The notes beneath the pieces were generated by a model. The model ran no database searches. It was not told the origin of the DNA and saw nothing but the letters and a program-made list of their open reading frames with translations. Position numbers and translations under genes: made by a program. This document shows, piece by piece, positions 25,698 through 35,664 of a stretch of DNA of 64,000 bases (position 1 is the first letter of the stretch; every line of letters starts with the position of its first letter). Origin of the DNA: an uncultured Gammaproteobacteria bacterium (GTDB lineage: Bacteria > Patescibacteriota > Microgenomatia > Levybacterales > UBA12049); contig CAZAZU010000001.1 of NCBI GenBank assembly GCA_964490105.1, positions 646,245 to 710,244 of the forward strand, given 5' to 3'.

Positions 25698-27768
25698 GGA
25701 TTTGTGAAGGATCTTTTATTAAAACGTCTCTTGGCTTACTTCCTTCAGCTCTTCCAACAATTCCTGCAGCCTCCAGCTGATCTAAAATTCTTGCAGCTCT
25801 AGAATACCCTATTGAAAGACGGCGCTGTAAGAGTGAGGCCGAAGCTTTATCATATTCACAAATAACTCTAACTGCTTCTGCAAATACCGGATCTTTCCCG
25901 TCAGCTCCAGATGTTCCAATACTCCCCTTAGGAGTATAAGGTGTGGAGATAATTTCTTCGGTGTACTCAACAGCTGGAGATTTAGATTTAAGGAATTCCA
26001 CTAATTTCTTAACTTCTTTATCTGAAACAAATGCCCCCTGAATACGAGTAGGTTTTGCCTGGTCTGGAGGAATATATAACATGTCTCCTCGTCCCAAAAG
26101 CTTCTCAGCACCAGGTCCGTCAATAATAACGCGAGAGTCAATCATAGATGACACATTAAATGCGATTCTACATGGAACATTTGCTTTAATTAAACCGGTA
26201 ATAACATCAACCGATGGACGCTGTGTCGCAATTACCAGATGTATTCCAGTAGCTCTAGCCATCTGCGCAAGACGGGCAATTGTATCTTCAACCTCAACTG
26301 GCGCAAACATCATAAGATCAGCTAACTCGTCGATGAAAATAATAATATATGGAAGGGCCTGGAATCCTGCAAGCTCATTATATCCGTCTATATTCCTAAC
26401 TCCTCGCTCAGCAAAAGTTTTATACCTTCTATCCATCTCATTTGTGGCCCATTTAAGAGCTGAAAGAATTTTCTCAACCTCTACTATAACTGGCACCATA
26501 AGATGAGGAATTCCATTATATCCTGTTAACTCAACGCGCTTTGGATCGATAAGAATTAATTTTACTTCTTCTGGACTTGCGCGGAAAAGCAGGGAAGTGA
26601 TAAATGAATTTACGAGTACTGATTTTCCGGATCCGGTAGTTCCAGCTACAAGTACGTGAGGCATTTTCCCTATATCCGCAATCAGAGGATTTCCGGAAAC
26701 ATCAAGTCCAAGTGAAACTGATAATTTAGACTTAGATTTTCTCATTAAGTCTGACGAGAGCATTGTTCTAAGTGTTACAACTTCCAAAGATTTATTTGGA
26801 ATTTCAATACCAACTAAATTTCTGCCTGGAATTGGAGCCTCAATTCTAATTTGTCCGGTCGGAGCCTGCGTATTAAGCGCTAAATCGTTTGCAAGCGAAG
26901 TAATTTTAGAGACTTTTGTTCCAAGTGCAATTTCTAAAGCATACTGTGTAACAGCAGGACCCAAGTTTACTTCTACGACCTTTGCAATAATTCCAAAACT
27001 CTGAAGTGTCTCTTCGATCTTTGCAGCGGTAGCTTTAACATCTCCTCTATCAGCTTTTCCTCCTCCGCCATCTTCAAGAAGATCAAGCGGCGGATATTCC
27101 CAAATTAGCCCTGATGACAATGTATTTGAAACTAATTTTTCTGTAATAAGCGCTTCATCTTTCTTAACAGAATTACTTACAATCGCCGGCCCGTTTTTAT
27201 TAAAGCTTGAATCTTTAATAGTCATTTGTTTGTTAAGAAGTGGATCCTTTTGTTTTTTCAAAAATGAAGTTGGAACCACTTTTCCGCCTGTCTTTCTAAA
27301 TGCAGACAGGCCTTTTAGAATTTCATCTACTGAAGTATCAAAAAGAACGACCAAACCAATAAATATTCCTGCTAGAAAAACTAAAAGAGTTCCAATTGGA
27401 GTAATAACATCTGAAATATTCCCAAACATTAATTGACCTATGTATCCTGAACGAAACAAAACTACTGCTGATCCATAAAGGATCAAAAAGCCAATTGCCA
27501 CATTTGGACGGGAGAGTGCAAATTTAGTTTTAAAGAAAAGAAATCCAAATAAAATAAACACAAATCCCAGGAAAAATGAAAAAGGCCCAAAATACTGTCT
27601 TATAAAAGTATTTATGTAAATAAAGGTGTCTCCGGAATTACTAAATGAAAGAAGAAGCAAGAGTCCGGCAACGATCTGACCGAGAGCAAAAATAGTATAA
27701 ACTGTCTTAGTCTTAAGCTTTATTTTGAATTTTCCACGCTTACCATAAGCCCCACGTTTTCTGGCCAT
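25675..27768 (-). CDS. ftsK: DNA translocase FtsK/SpoIIIE
   Basis: 697 aa. N-terminal TMs. Walker A GTTGSGKSV, Walker B IIFIDELADLMM. C-terminal winged-helix gamma domain. Confidence 0.9.
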   Translation of the reverse strand: MARKRGAYGKRGKFKIKLKTKTVYTIFALGQIVAGLLLLLSFSNSGDTFIYINTFIRQYFGPFSFFLGFVFILFGFLFFKTKFALSRPNVAIGFLILYGSAVVLFRSGYIGQLMFGNISDVITPIGTLLVFLAGIFIGLVVLFDTSVDEILKGLSAFRKTGGKVVPTSFLKKQKDPLLNKQMTIKDSSFNKNGPAIVSNSVKKDEALITEKLVSNTLSSGLIWEYPPLDLLEDGGGGKADRGDVKATAAKIEETLQSFGIIAKVVEVNLGPAVTQYALEIALGTKVSKITSLANDLALNTQAPTGQIRIEAPIPGRNLVGIEIPNKSLEVVTLRTMLSSDLMRKSKSKLSVSLGLDVSGNPLIADIGKMPHVLVAGTTGSGKSVLVNSFITSLLFRASPEEVKLILIDPKRVELTGYNGIPHLMVPVIVEVEKILSALKWATNEMDRRYKTFAERGVRNIDGYNELAGFQALPYIIIFIDELADLMMFAPVEVEDTIARLAQMARATGIHLVIATQRPSVDVITGLIKANVPCRIAFNVSSMIDSRVIIDGPGAEKLLGRGDMLYIPPDQAKPTRIQGAFVSDKEVKKLVEFLKSKSPAVEYTEEIISTPYTPKGSIGTSGADGKDPVFAEAVRVICEYDKASASLLQRRLSIGYSRAARILDQLEAAGIVGRAEGSKPRDVLIKDPSQILGEPQSE

Positions 27769-27807
27769 AATTAGTCTATTATAACGGGATGTTTCTAGCG
27801 GTGCAAA

Positions 27808-28890
27808 CTAAACTCTCTCTGCCGTAGATAGATGAATTCCCTTCGTAGTAATCGTGGCTGTTGAACGAGGAGCATGACCATTATCACTATCCATTACGCC
27901 TTCCACACCGAGCATCGGCTCGTAAGTAACGGCTGTAAAATTAACAAATGTATGATCCCTATTACCTGGAACCAATTTATTTAAACCCATTTGTTCTGGA
28001 TATTTTTCCATAAGTTCTGGATGCTCCTTGCTCCAAACCTTCATTAAAGCTTCTCCACCTAAAACCTCGGCGGCAGCGGCTGTGATAACACCCTCCTCAG
28101 CTCCTCCAATTCCATTTAGGATGGTAGGATTATCAGGATTTGTCATAGCAGCTGCTGCAATTCCCGCAGCTAAATCTCCTGCACCAATAGGAACATATCC
28201 AGCACCATATCTTCTAATTCTCCTTACCATCTCCTCGTGCCTTGGCCTCCAAAGCGCAATTACGTCAATCTCATCAGGCCTAACATTAAAAACATCTCTT
28301 AGAACATCAAGTCTATCTTCAATTTCCATATCCAAACTTATTTTCCCTTTTACCTCAGCGGGACCGACAAATTTATCAAGATACTCAACTCCCTCAGGCG
28401 GAGTCCATAAACCTCCGGGAGTACTCCCTGCCATAACCACAATTGCGCCCTCTTTTCTATCTATTGCTGCTTTACTATTTTCTACCGGATCATTAACTAT
28501 TGTTACTTGACGTTTTCCGTTACCAAAATTACCCACAACAGTTTTTGCTCCATCCCAAATTCCTTCACCAGCAACACTATTCCAGGTAAATTTACGGGTT
28601 AAACTAAGTCTGCCTCGCAAAGAATCAGCAGCAAAATTATCCATCGCAGTTATTTCTGCATCTCTCTGGTCCACTGAAGGAATAGATCTTCCTCTCAAAT
28701 AATCTCCAACTGCATATGCTACATGTGCAGTTACCAAACTTGCTTCGCGTATTGCTTCATCCAAGGGAACGTGCTCTGCAATTTCAGGTCTCCTCATCTG
28801 CATAACATGTATTGGGCCATCTGGCCTTACTCTTCTTGCAATAGAACCAACTTGAGGAACGCCTTTGCCGGCGCTGGTTTCTGGAGGCAT
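27808..28890 (-). CDS. glpX: Class II fructose-1,6-bisphosphatase / sedoheptulose-bisphosphatase GlpX family
   Basis: 360 aa. WRPRHEEMV...GAGDLAAGIAAAA...NGIGGAEEGVITAAAAEVLGG matches the GlpX C-terminal core. IVNDPVENSK resembles the DPIDGT metal site. Confidence 0.75.
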   Translation of the reverse strand: MPPETSAGKGVPQVGSIARRVRPDGPIHVMQMRRPEIAEHVPLDEAIREASLVTAHVAYAVGDYLRGRSIPSVDQRDAEITAMDNFAADSLRGRLSLTRKFTWNSVAGEGIWDGAKTVVGNFGNGKRQVTIVNDPVENSKAAIDRKEGAIVVMAGSTPGGLWTPPEGVEYLDKFVGPAEVKGKISLDMEIEDRLDVLRDVFNVRPDEIDVIALWRPRHEEMVRRIRRYGAGYVPIGAGDLAAGIAAAAMTNPDNPTILNGIGGAEEGVITAAAAEVLGGEALMKVWSKEHPELMEKYPEQMGLNKLVPGNRDHTFVNFTAVTYEPMLGVEGVMDSDNGHAPRSTATITTKGIHLSTAERV

Positions 28891-28893
28891 AAA

Positions 28894-29190
28894 TTAAATC
28901 CTTACTTCTCCTAATGGGGCTTCAAAAACTGGAACTGGTGCGAAAGATTGTACTCCTACAGGCGCAGGTTCTCCGATTCGAGTGCCTGCTTGTCCTATTC
29001 CACTACCTGCTCTAAGTTCTGGTGCTGGACGACCTAAAAAGGCTTGTGCATCTAATTTTAATCTCGTAGAACCACTTTCTCCAGTAACTCGTTTAACAAC
29101 ATGCTCACTTGAAAGCTGAACTGGTAAACTAGATTGTGGAGCTCTCCATGCTTCCGCTCCTGCTGGCCTTGGTGTTAATTGATCAACCAT
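28894..29190 (-). CDS. Hypothetical Pro/Ala/Gly-rich small protein, translationally coupled to glpX
   Basis: 98 aa ORF. Its stop is 3 nt before the glpX ATG, and an AGGA RBS for glpX lies inside its 3' end. GC-rich and low complexity, so it may be non-coding. Confidence 0.3.
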   Translation of the reverse strand: MVDQLTPRPAGAEAWRAPQSSLPVQLSSEHVVKRVTGESGSTRLKLDAQAFLGRPAPELRAGSGIGQAGTRIGEPAPVGVQSFAPVPVFEAPLGEVRI

Positions 29191-29242
29191 TACACTATAA
29201 TAAATCAGAAATTAAACACTGGCTTGATTTTTTTCCGATCTT

Positions 29243-29262
29243 TTCCTGACACTTTCCTGACA
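29243..29262. promoter_or_regulatory. Tandem direct repeat TTCCTGACA x2 with 11-bp periodicity upstream of the OmpR-type winged-helix regulator gene
   Basis: ttcctgacacTTTCCTGACA at 29243..29251 and 29254..29262, 46 nt upstream of ATG 29308. The 11-bp period is the canonical spacing for tandem OmpR/PhoB-family wHTH binding. Confidence 0.35.
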
Positions 29263-29307
29263 AAAAATCCGTTTGCTTATGCGCTTTTAAACAACTAAAA
29301 TGTCTGC

Positions 29308-30597
29308 ATGAATCCTAACTTAATCGAAAAAACATACCCTATTAATTTCCGCGAAGAAGAAGCCAAAAAACTAGGAACTCACATTATAAATAGACGCTCA
29401 GTTGTTCTAACAGGAATGCTCAGAGTCGGAATCAGTAATTTTCTTAGGTTCTTTTTAAATCACGATGGAATTAATAAAAAATATTTGGATGATAAGAAAT
29501 ACATAATAATTCCAGTTGATTTAAATGACTTAGTCGAAAGAGAAATTTATCCTTTTTGGATTTTAACTTTCAAAAGATTAGCAGATACTATTGAAGACTC
29601 TAGCTTACCGCAAGGAATCAAAAAGCAAATTGCATTATATTTTTTAGATAGTATTCAGTCGCAAGATCTATTTTTAACAATCGATTATTTAAGAAAAAGC
29701 TTAGTACTTCTTTGTGACGAGGGTTATCTTCCTACTGTATTTTTCTTAAGATTCGATCGCATGAAAGATTCCATAACTCATGATTTCTTCGCAAATTTTC
29801 AAGGACTTATTGAATCAACTCATGACCGTTTATCTTATGTTTTTACAAGTGCCCGTCCTTTAAATCATCTAGAGCCGACTATTTTTACCAAACAATCCTT
29901 ACTGATTTTCTCAGATAATCTTTACATAAAACCAAATAAAAAATCTGATATAAAAACTATTTTTGAGTCGAGTATCAAACAATATGATTTAAAACTTTCT
30001 CCCGAAATAATAAATAGTTTATTAAAACTTGTTGATGGACACACTCAATATTTACAGTTTGCATTAATATCTCTTAAAGAAAATGGAAATATTAAGCCCT
30101 CTGAGCTTTTCGATTTTCTAAAAAATGACGAAAGAATTTCTCTTCAGTCAGAAGAACTTTGGGAAAGTCTTTCTTCGATTGAACAAGATATCCTTTTGAA
30201 AATAGAGTCAGGAAAAAAATTGACAGATAGTGAAATTAAAGAGGGGGAGTATTTAGTAAATACAGGATTTTTTGATTTAAAAACTTTAAAAATATTTAGT
30301 CCGATATTTGATTTATTTATTAAATCAAAAGCGGAAGAAAAAAGAAAAGAAAAAAATAATACTGATTTTTCAAAAAAAGAAAATTTACTTTTAAAATTTC
30401 TGGAAGAAAATAAAAATGAAATTTGCGAAAGGGAAGAGATAATAGAAGCTGTTTGGCCGGAAGCAGAAGCACTTGGGGTTACCGATTGGGCAATCGATAG
30501 ATTAGTGGCAAGAGTTAGAAATAAACTAAAAGATCATGATAAAAATTATGAAATTGTTACAATTAAAACAAGGGGATATAAATTAATTGAAAGATAA
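29308..30597 (+). CDS. Transcriptional regulator with C-terminal OmpR/PhoB-type winged-helix DNA-binding domain and a large N-terminal domain (possibly degenerate NTPase-like)
   Basis: 429 aa. C-terminus EEIIEAVWPEAEALGVTDWAIDRLVARVRNKL...IKTRGYKL (trans_reg_C signature). N-terminal VVLTGMLRVGIS is P-loop-like but lacks Lys. Confidence 0.6.
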   Translation: MNPNLIEKTYPINFREEEAKKLGTHIINRRSVVLTGMLRVGISNFLRFFLNHDGINKKYLDDKKYIIIPVDLNDLVEREIYPFWILTFKRLADTIEDSSLPQGIKKQIALYFLDSIQSQDLFLTIDYLRKSLVLLCDEGYLPTVFFLRFDRMKDSITHDFFANFQGLIESTHDRLSYVFTSARPLNHLEPTIFTKQSLLIFSDNLYIKPNKKSDIKTIFESSIKQYDLKLSPEIINSLLKLVDGHTQYLQFALISLKENGNIKPSELFDFLKNDERISLQSEELWESLSSIEQDILLKIESGKKLTDSEIKEGEYLVNTGFFDLKTLKIFSPIFDLFIKSKAEEKRKEKNNTDFSKKENLLLKFLEENKNEICEREEIIEAVWPEAEALGVTDWAIDRLVARVRNKLKDHDKNYEIVTIKTRGYKLIER

Positions 30598-31186
30598 GGC
30601 GCTTACTCATTTTAAAAAAGTAGACCCAGTTCTTTACGAAATTGCAATTAAAGTAAAACTCGAAAATTACCCAAAGCCCGAAGATTATTTTATTGATTTA
30701 GTAGATTCAATTATCTCTCAGCAATTATCCGGAAAAGCTGCAGCCACTATTTTCGGAAGATTTAAAAAACTTTTCAAAAATGAGAAAATTACCCCAGAGG
30801 AATTAATTAAACTTAACGATCAAACAATAAGAACTGCAGGAATTTCTTTTAGTAAAATTAAATACATAAAGGGAATCGCAGAAGCAGTTAAAAATAAAGA
30901 TATTGATTTAAAAAAACTTGACAACCTAACTGATGAAGAAGTAATAGGGGAGTTAATAAAATTAAAAGGAATAGGGAATTGGACGGCAGAAATGTTTTTA
31001 ATGTTTACACTTGGTCGTCCTGATGTTTTTTCAACTGGAGATTTAGGACTACAGAATGCTATTATTAAGCATTATAAACTCAAAAACAAACCAACAAAAG
31101 ATGAGCTTTTAAGAATCAGCGAGAAATGGTCACCACATCGCACAATAGCTAGTCGGATTCTCTGGAAAAGTTTAGAATCAAAATAA
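30587..31186 (+). CDS. alkA: HhH-GPD base-excision DNA glycosylase (3-methyladenine DNA glycosylase II / AlkA-like)
   Basis: 199 aa. HhH LKGIGNWTAEMFLMF with catalytic Asp context STGDLGLQNA. Confidence 0.75.
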   Translation: MKDKALTHFKKVDPVLYEIAIKVKLENYPKPEDYFIDLVDSIISQQLSGKAAATIFGRFKKLFKNEKITPEELIKLNDQTIRTAGISFSKIKYIKGIAEAVKNKDIDLKKLDNLTDEEVIGELIKLKGIGNWTAEMFLMFTLGRPDVFSTGDLGLQNAIIKHYKLKNKPTKDELLRISEKWSPHRTIASRILWKSLESK

Positions 31187-31864
31187 CTATTTAATTATCT
31201 CCCAGAGATTTAGATCTCCATCTTTTAGAGGAATTTCACCTTTCCACGCCTTTACTATCATATTGGCTACTTTTGAAGGATCAACGCCGGAATCAAAATT
31301 CCACATTTCAGTTTTAACTGCACCGGGACTTACCGAGAAAATTCGAAGATCCGGATACTCAAGCGCAAGACTTTTCGTAAAACCTATGACCCCATGCTTC
31401 GTCGCACAATATACTGCTCGACCCGGATAGGGGAGATGCCCAGCACGTGAAGCAATATTTATTATTCCTTCTTTTATCTGTGGGAATGCAGCTGAGGTCA
31501 TCTTAATCATTCCCGAGAGGTTGGTCCCGATCTGTCCATCTATCTCATCGAAAGATTCGTTTTCGAATTTCTCCCACCCTATAACTCCTGCGTTGTTTAT
31601 AAGAATATCTATGTGGCCAAATTTTTCTATAACTTCTTCGACCGATTTCTCTATATTTTCATTATCTCTAGTATCTAACTTTATTATTAAGACTTCGTCC
31701 GCTCCTAAATCCTTACACTTATGTGCCACTTTTTGTGCGCCGCTAATATCGCTATTGTAAGTAATAACCACTCTGCATCCTTCATTTGAAAATGCATAAG
31801 CAATCTGTTCCCCGATCCCTTTACTTGATCCTGTTATTAATACGCTTTTTCTAGATAGATCCAT
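31187..31864 (-). CDS. Short-chain dehydrogenase/reductase (SDR)
   Basis: 225 aa. Cofactor motif ITGSSKGIGEQIA. Catalytic YCATKHGVIGF (YxxxK). Confidence 0.85.
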   Translation of the reverse strand: MDLSRKSVLITGSSKGIGEQIAYAFSNEGCRVVITYNSDISGAQKVAHKCKDLGADEVLIIKLDTRDNENIEKSVEEVIEKFGHIDILINNAGVIGWEKFENESFDEIDGQIGTNLSGMIKMTSAAFPQIKEGIINIASRAGHLPYPGRAVYCATKHGVIGFTKSLALEYPDLRIFSVSPGAVKTEMWNFDSGVDPSKVANMIVKAWKGEIPLKDGDLNLWEIIK

Positions 31865-31918
31865 CAGTTATTTAATTCTAACGTTTAGAATTAAATTTGC
31901 AATATTCTTGACATTTTT

Positions 31919-32608
31919 TTGCTTCAAGAATACAATACCCATGTGCAAAATAAACAGGCAATCATCGGCATAATTGCAGCCATTGTTATCCTTTTCGGAG
32001 CGGCAGGAGTATTTCTATATTCACAAAATAAAAATGAGCCCGAACCAAACACCACAACAGCAACAGAACAGAAAAACGAAGCTGAATCTCTGGAAAGCAA
32101 TTTAGCTTCTATTTTAAAATCTGGAAAAACCCAAAAGTGTACTTTTACCTATGCTGATGAAAGCGGAAATAGTACAAAAGGCATGGCTTATTTGACTAAG
32201 AATCAAATGAGAACCGATGTAACAAGTACTGCTAATGGCAAGTCTTCCACGATTTATGTGATTAGGAATGGCGATGATAATTATATTTGGGGTAGTGATT
32301 TTCCAAATAATACGGGTATGAAGATGACCATGTCTCTAGATGAATATGCTTCTAATGAGGAATCAAAAAAATATTTTGATCCAAATTTAAATGCAAAGTA
32401 TGACTGCTCTAATTGGACAGTTGACTCTAGCATGTTTACGCCTCCAACAAATATTAAATTCCAGGATATTGGAGCTTTATTACAAGGCATGATGAAAGGA
32501 GCTTCTAAAGCACCTACTGGTTCCTCTGGATCTTCTTCTGAGTGTTCTATTTGCAATTCTCTAACTGGTGATGCGAAAACTGCCTGCATGAAGCAATTTA
32601 GCTGCTAA
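31919..32608 (+). CDS. Secreted/membrane-anchored hypothetical protein with Cys-rich C-terminus
   Basis: 229 aa. N-terminal TM. C-terminal SSECSICNSLTGDAKTACMKQFSC. Confidence 0.45.
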   Translation: MLQEYNTHVQNKQAIIGIIAAIVILFGAAGVFLYSQNKNEPEPNTTTATEQKNEAESLESNLASILKSGKTQKCTFTYADESGNSTKGMAYLTKNQMRTDVTSTANGKSSTIYVIRNGDDNYIWGSDFPNNTGMKMTMSLDEYASNEESKKYFDPNLNAKYDCSNWTVDSSMFTPPTNIKFQDIGALLQGMMKGASKAPTGSSGSSSECSICNSLTGDAKTACMKQFSC

Positions 32609-32672
32609 TCCTCTTACAAATCCTTTACTCTTTTTATACCCGAGTCATAAAAGTAAATACTAATATAAGCTT

Positions 32673-32948
32673 ATGGTTAATCCATATACAGTAATAATTT
32701 TTTCCCTGATAGTTGCTATCGCGACGCTTTCACCAGCTCAAATCAGATATGCCGTAAGTGATCCTATAGGGTCTATAAATGTTTTTCTAAATCTAGGAAT
32801 AATACTTGCGATAATAGTCGTTTATTATTTCTATAGAAAAAGCAAAGCTGAGGATACTACAACCAATAACGATTACAGCTTGGTGGGAAGCAAAGGTGGA
32901 AGGGCTACAAGAACCAAAACTACAAGAAGAAAAAACCGTCAGGTTTGA
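32673..32948 (+). CDS. Small membrane protein with basic C-terminal tail
   Basis: 91 aa. Two hydrophobic helices, then RATRTKTTRRKNRQV. Confidence 0.35.
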   Translation: MVNPYTVIIFSLIVAIATLSPAQIRYAVSDPIGSINVFLNLGIILAIIVVYYFYRKSKAEDTTTNNDYSLVGSKGGRATRTKTTRRKNRQV

Positions 32949-32982
32949 CTTGAATAAATAAAACCGCTAATATATTTAGATC

Positions 32983-33465
32983 TTGAGAAAAGAACACTTT
33001 CTTTTACTCCTAGTGTTTGTTTTGGCTTTATTATCAGTGCTATTTATAGCAGATAAATACTCCGGAAAAAGTCTAAATAATCCATTTGCGTCCGTTACAC
33101 CTTATCCTACGATTATCCCCGGGAATAATTCCGGAGAAATTATTTCCATGGCCCCCTCTTCTTCTCAAAATATCGAAGTCCTATCTCCCAGATCAGGTGA
33201 TAAAGTAAAATCTGAATTCGTAGTTAAAGGGAATGCTAGGACTTTTGAAAGCAATGTAGCGATTAGACTTTATGATTCAGAGGGAAACGTACTGATAGAA
33301 ACTTTTACACTGGCGAATGCACCAGATATCGGACAATTTGGACCTTTTGAAAAAATGATAAGCTATGTAACTGATTCACAAACTGGAACACTTGAGGTTT
33401 TTCAATACAGCGCAAAAGATGGATCCCAAATAGATAAAGTTACAATCCCTGTGGTCTTCCGGTAG
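32983..33465 (+). CDS. Secreted Gmad2-like immunoglobulin-like domain protein
   Basis: 160 aa. N-terminal signal/TM. C-terminal ~100 aa resembles the Gmad2 Ig-like domain (SGDKVKSEFVVKGNARTFESNVAIRLYDSEGN...). Confidence 0.5.
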   Translation: MRKEHFLLLLVFVLALLSVLFIADKYSGKSLNNPFASVTPYPTIIPGNNSGEIISMAPSSSQNIEVLSPRSGDKVKSEFVVKGNARTFESNVAIRLYDSEGNVLIETFTLANAPDIGQFGPFEKMISYVTDSQTGTLEVFQYSAKDGSQIDKVTIPVVFR

Positions 33466-33973
33466 AAAGTCGTTCTCTCCAATTATTTCCCCATTCCTCT
33501 ACCACTTCTCTTCGCGGCATCCACACATCAAAAGCAATTCCCCCTCGAGAAGCTCTCATTTCATGTCTGACGCTAATTCTTAAAATTAAATCACTCACAC
33601 TGCTTTGGATTGGAAAAACTCTTTGCTTCTCATCATCTGTATATTTATCTTCGATATGCTTTCGATAACTGGTTTCATAACTATTTCTAGCTGCTTGATA
33701 CGGGTTTCTGATTCCCTGCAGTCTATGAAGATAATAAACAGTGGGATTTACTACTCCTCTTAAGCCATGAAATCCAAGATTATCTGCTAAAAAAGCTTCT
33801 TCTCTCAACTGCCTTAGCCCTAAATACATTACGAGAGTTTGCTGATCAACTCCGGCCAAACCAGCTGCACCTGAAATTCCAAATCTTCTATCCATTTTTC
33901 TTGCATCAGCTAAAAATCTATTTGCGAATGATGGATCTAACTGTGGTTCACCTTGTGCGATACGCTCACCCAT
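33440..33973 (-). CDS. Hypothetical protein (GC-rich)
   Basis: 177 aa ORF. Overlaps the convergent upstream gene by 26 nt. No motif recognised. Confidence 0.35.
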   Translation of the reverse strand: MGERIAQGEPQLDPSFANRFLADARKMDRRFGISGAAGLAGVDQQTLVMYLGLRQLREEAFLADNLGFHGLRGVVNPTVYYLHRLQGIRNPYQAARNSYETSYRKHIEDKYTDDEKQRVFPIQSSVSDLILRISVRHEMRASRGGIAFDVWMPRREVVEEWGNNWRERLSTGRPQGL

Positions 33974-33994
33974 AAGAGTGGAATTATAACGGAG

Positions 33995-35650
33995 TTAAAC
34001 TTCTATAACAACCGGGAGAACGAGAGGACGGCGTTTTAACTTTTTTAATAAATATCTTTCAGATACAGTTCCTATGTTTCGTCTTAGGTAATTCCAATCG
34101 TTTATTTTAGTCTTCTTTGGTTTTAAGTTCATGCTAATTTCCGAAGATAAACCATTTATAATTTCATTTACTTCAGCTCCTGAAAAACCCCTAACAATAA
34201 TATTTGGTTTATCTACTAGCCCTCCAAAGGTATCAATTTCTGCAAGTACTATTACGACTCCTTCTTTTGAAATTTTCTCACGGTCCCGCAAAACAAAAGT
34301 GTCTACCTCTTCACCTGATACTTGATCTACGTAAACATTTTGAAGAGAAATCTTCTTACCAAGCTTTGCATCAGTCTTTGTGAATATAACTTCTTGTCCG
34401 TCGTCAGGAAGTAAAACATCTTTTTCTAAAAATCCATTTTTCATAGCCAGCGCTTTATATGCAATCATGTGCTTATACCCTCCGCCAATTGGAAGAACCT
34501 TACGAGGTCTCACGAGACTCATCATTAAAGATAAATCTCCCTGAGGTCCGTGGCCTGAAACATGAAGACCGTGCTCTACATCTGAATATAAAACTCTTGC
34601 TCCTGATTTTGCGAGATCATCAATTAAAGAGTTAACTGCAACTTCATTTCCGGGAATCGCATCTGAAGAAAATGCAACTGTGTCTTTTGAATTAATCATA
34701 ATATCTCTATGATCTCCCCTAGCAATTCTTGATAACGCTGAATTTTCTTGACCCTGACTCCCTGCAACTACTAAAACTATTTGTTTATTGTTATAGTTTC
34801 TGACATCCTTGAGCTCGATTTCCATGTTTTTATCAATCTTCATGTAACCAAGTCCTGTTGCCACATCTTTAGCTTTTAGAAGAGAACGACCAACAAAGCA
34901 AATTCTTCTATTTAGAATTCTTGCTGCGTCAACAACTTGATTTAGTCGTGCTATGTTTGAAGAATAAGTGGTCATTATAAATTTACCTTGAGTGTTTCTC
35001 ATTTCATCAAATATTTTATTTCCAATTCCGATTTCTGTTTCTGTAAATCCGGTTCTTTCAGCTCCGAGACAATCAGACATTAAACACATTATTCCTTCAT
35101 CGGCCTTTCTCACAATCTTTGCAAAATCACTTTTTTTCCCGTCGTATGGAGTCATATCAAATTTAAAATCTGAACCATGATAAATATTTCCAACAGGAGT
35201 TTTAATAAAAATGTTTGACGTATCTGGCACTGAGTGAGTAACTCTGATAAACGATAACATGAAATTTCCGAGCAAAATATCCTTATCAAAGTTCACGCTA
35301 ATCGCTTTTTTATTTAAACCAAACTCTTTTAATTTTTCATTTATAAAACCAGCTGTAAGAGGAGTCGCATAGATATTAAAATTTCCCTGAAGCTGCGGAA
35401 GAATATATGGAAGTGCTCCAAGATGATCTTCGTGTCCATGAGTGATGGCAATTCCTATGATTTTTTTATTTGGATTTTTTTGAAAATATGAAATATCCGG
35501 AAGCATAAGATCCACACCAATCATTGTTTCATCGGCAAAACCAAGTCCACAGTCCACAATTAGAACCTGGTCATTATATTCATAAAGATGCATATTCTTT
35601 GTGACTCCTGTGACTCCTCCCAGAGGAATGTATTTTAAAGTATTATCCAT
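33995..35650 (-). CDS. rnj: Ribonuclease J (metallo-beta-lactamase/beta-CASP)
   Basis: 551 aa. ITHGHEDHLGALPYI (HxHxDH) plus beta-CASP and C-terminal domains. Confidence 0.9.
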   Translation of the reverse strand: MDNTLKYIPLGGVTGVTKNMHLYEYNDQVLIVDCGLGFADETMIGVDLMLPDISYFQKNPNKKIIGIAITHGHEDHLGALPYILPQLQGNFNIYATPLTAGFINEKLKEFGLNKKAISVNFDKDILLGNFMLSFIRVTHSVPDTSNIFIKTPVGNIYHGSDFKFDMTPYDGKKSDFAKIVRKADEGIMCLMSDCLGAERTGFTETEIGIGNKIFDEMRNTQGKFIMTTYSSNIARLNQVVDAARILNRRICFVGRSLLKAKDVATGLGYMKIDKNMEIELKDVRNYNNKQIVLVVAGSQGQENSALSRIARGDHRDIMINSKDTVAFSSDAIPGNEVAVNSLIDDLAKSGARVLYSDVEHGLHVSGHGPQGDLSLMMSLVRPRKVLPIGGGYKHMIAYKALAMKNGFLEKDVLLPDDGQEVIFTKTDAKLGKKISLQNVYVDQVSGEEVDTFVLRDREKISKEGVVIVLAEIDTFGGLVDKPNIIVRGFSGAEVNEIINGLSSEISMNLKPKKTKINDWNYLRRNIGTVSERYLLKKLKRRPLVLPVVIEV

Positions 35651-35664
35651 TATATTTATGTGAG

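Noticed and set aside
28028-28914. + strand ORFs 28028..28510 and 28723..28914 within glpX
   Set aside because: Antisense to a well-supported GlpX gene. Ala/Ser/Pro low-complexity typical of GC-rich antisense frames.
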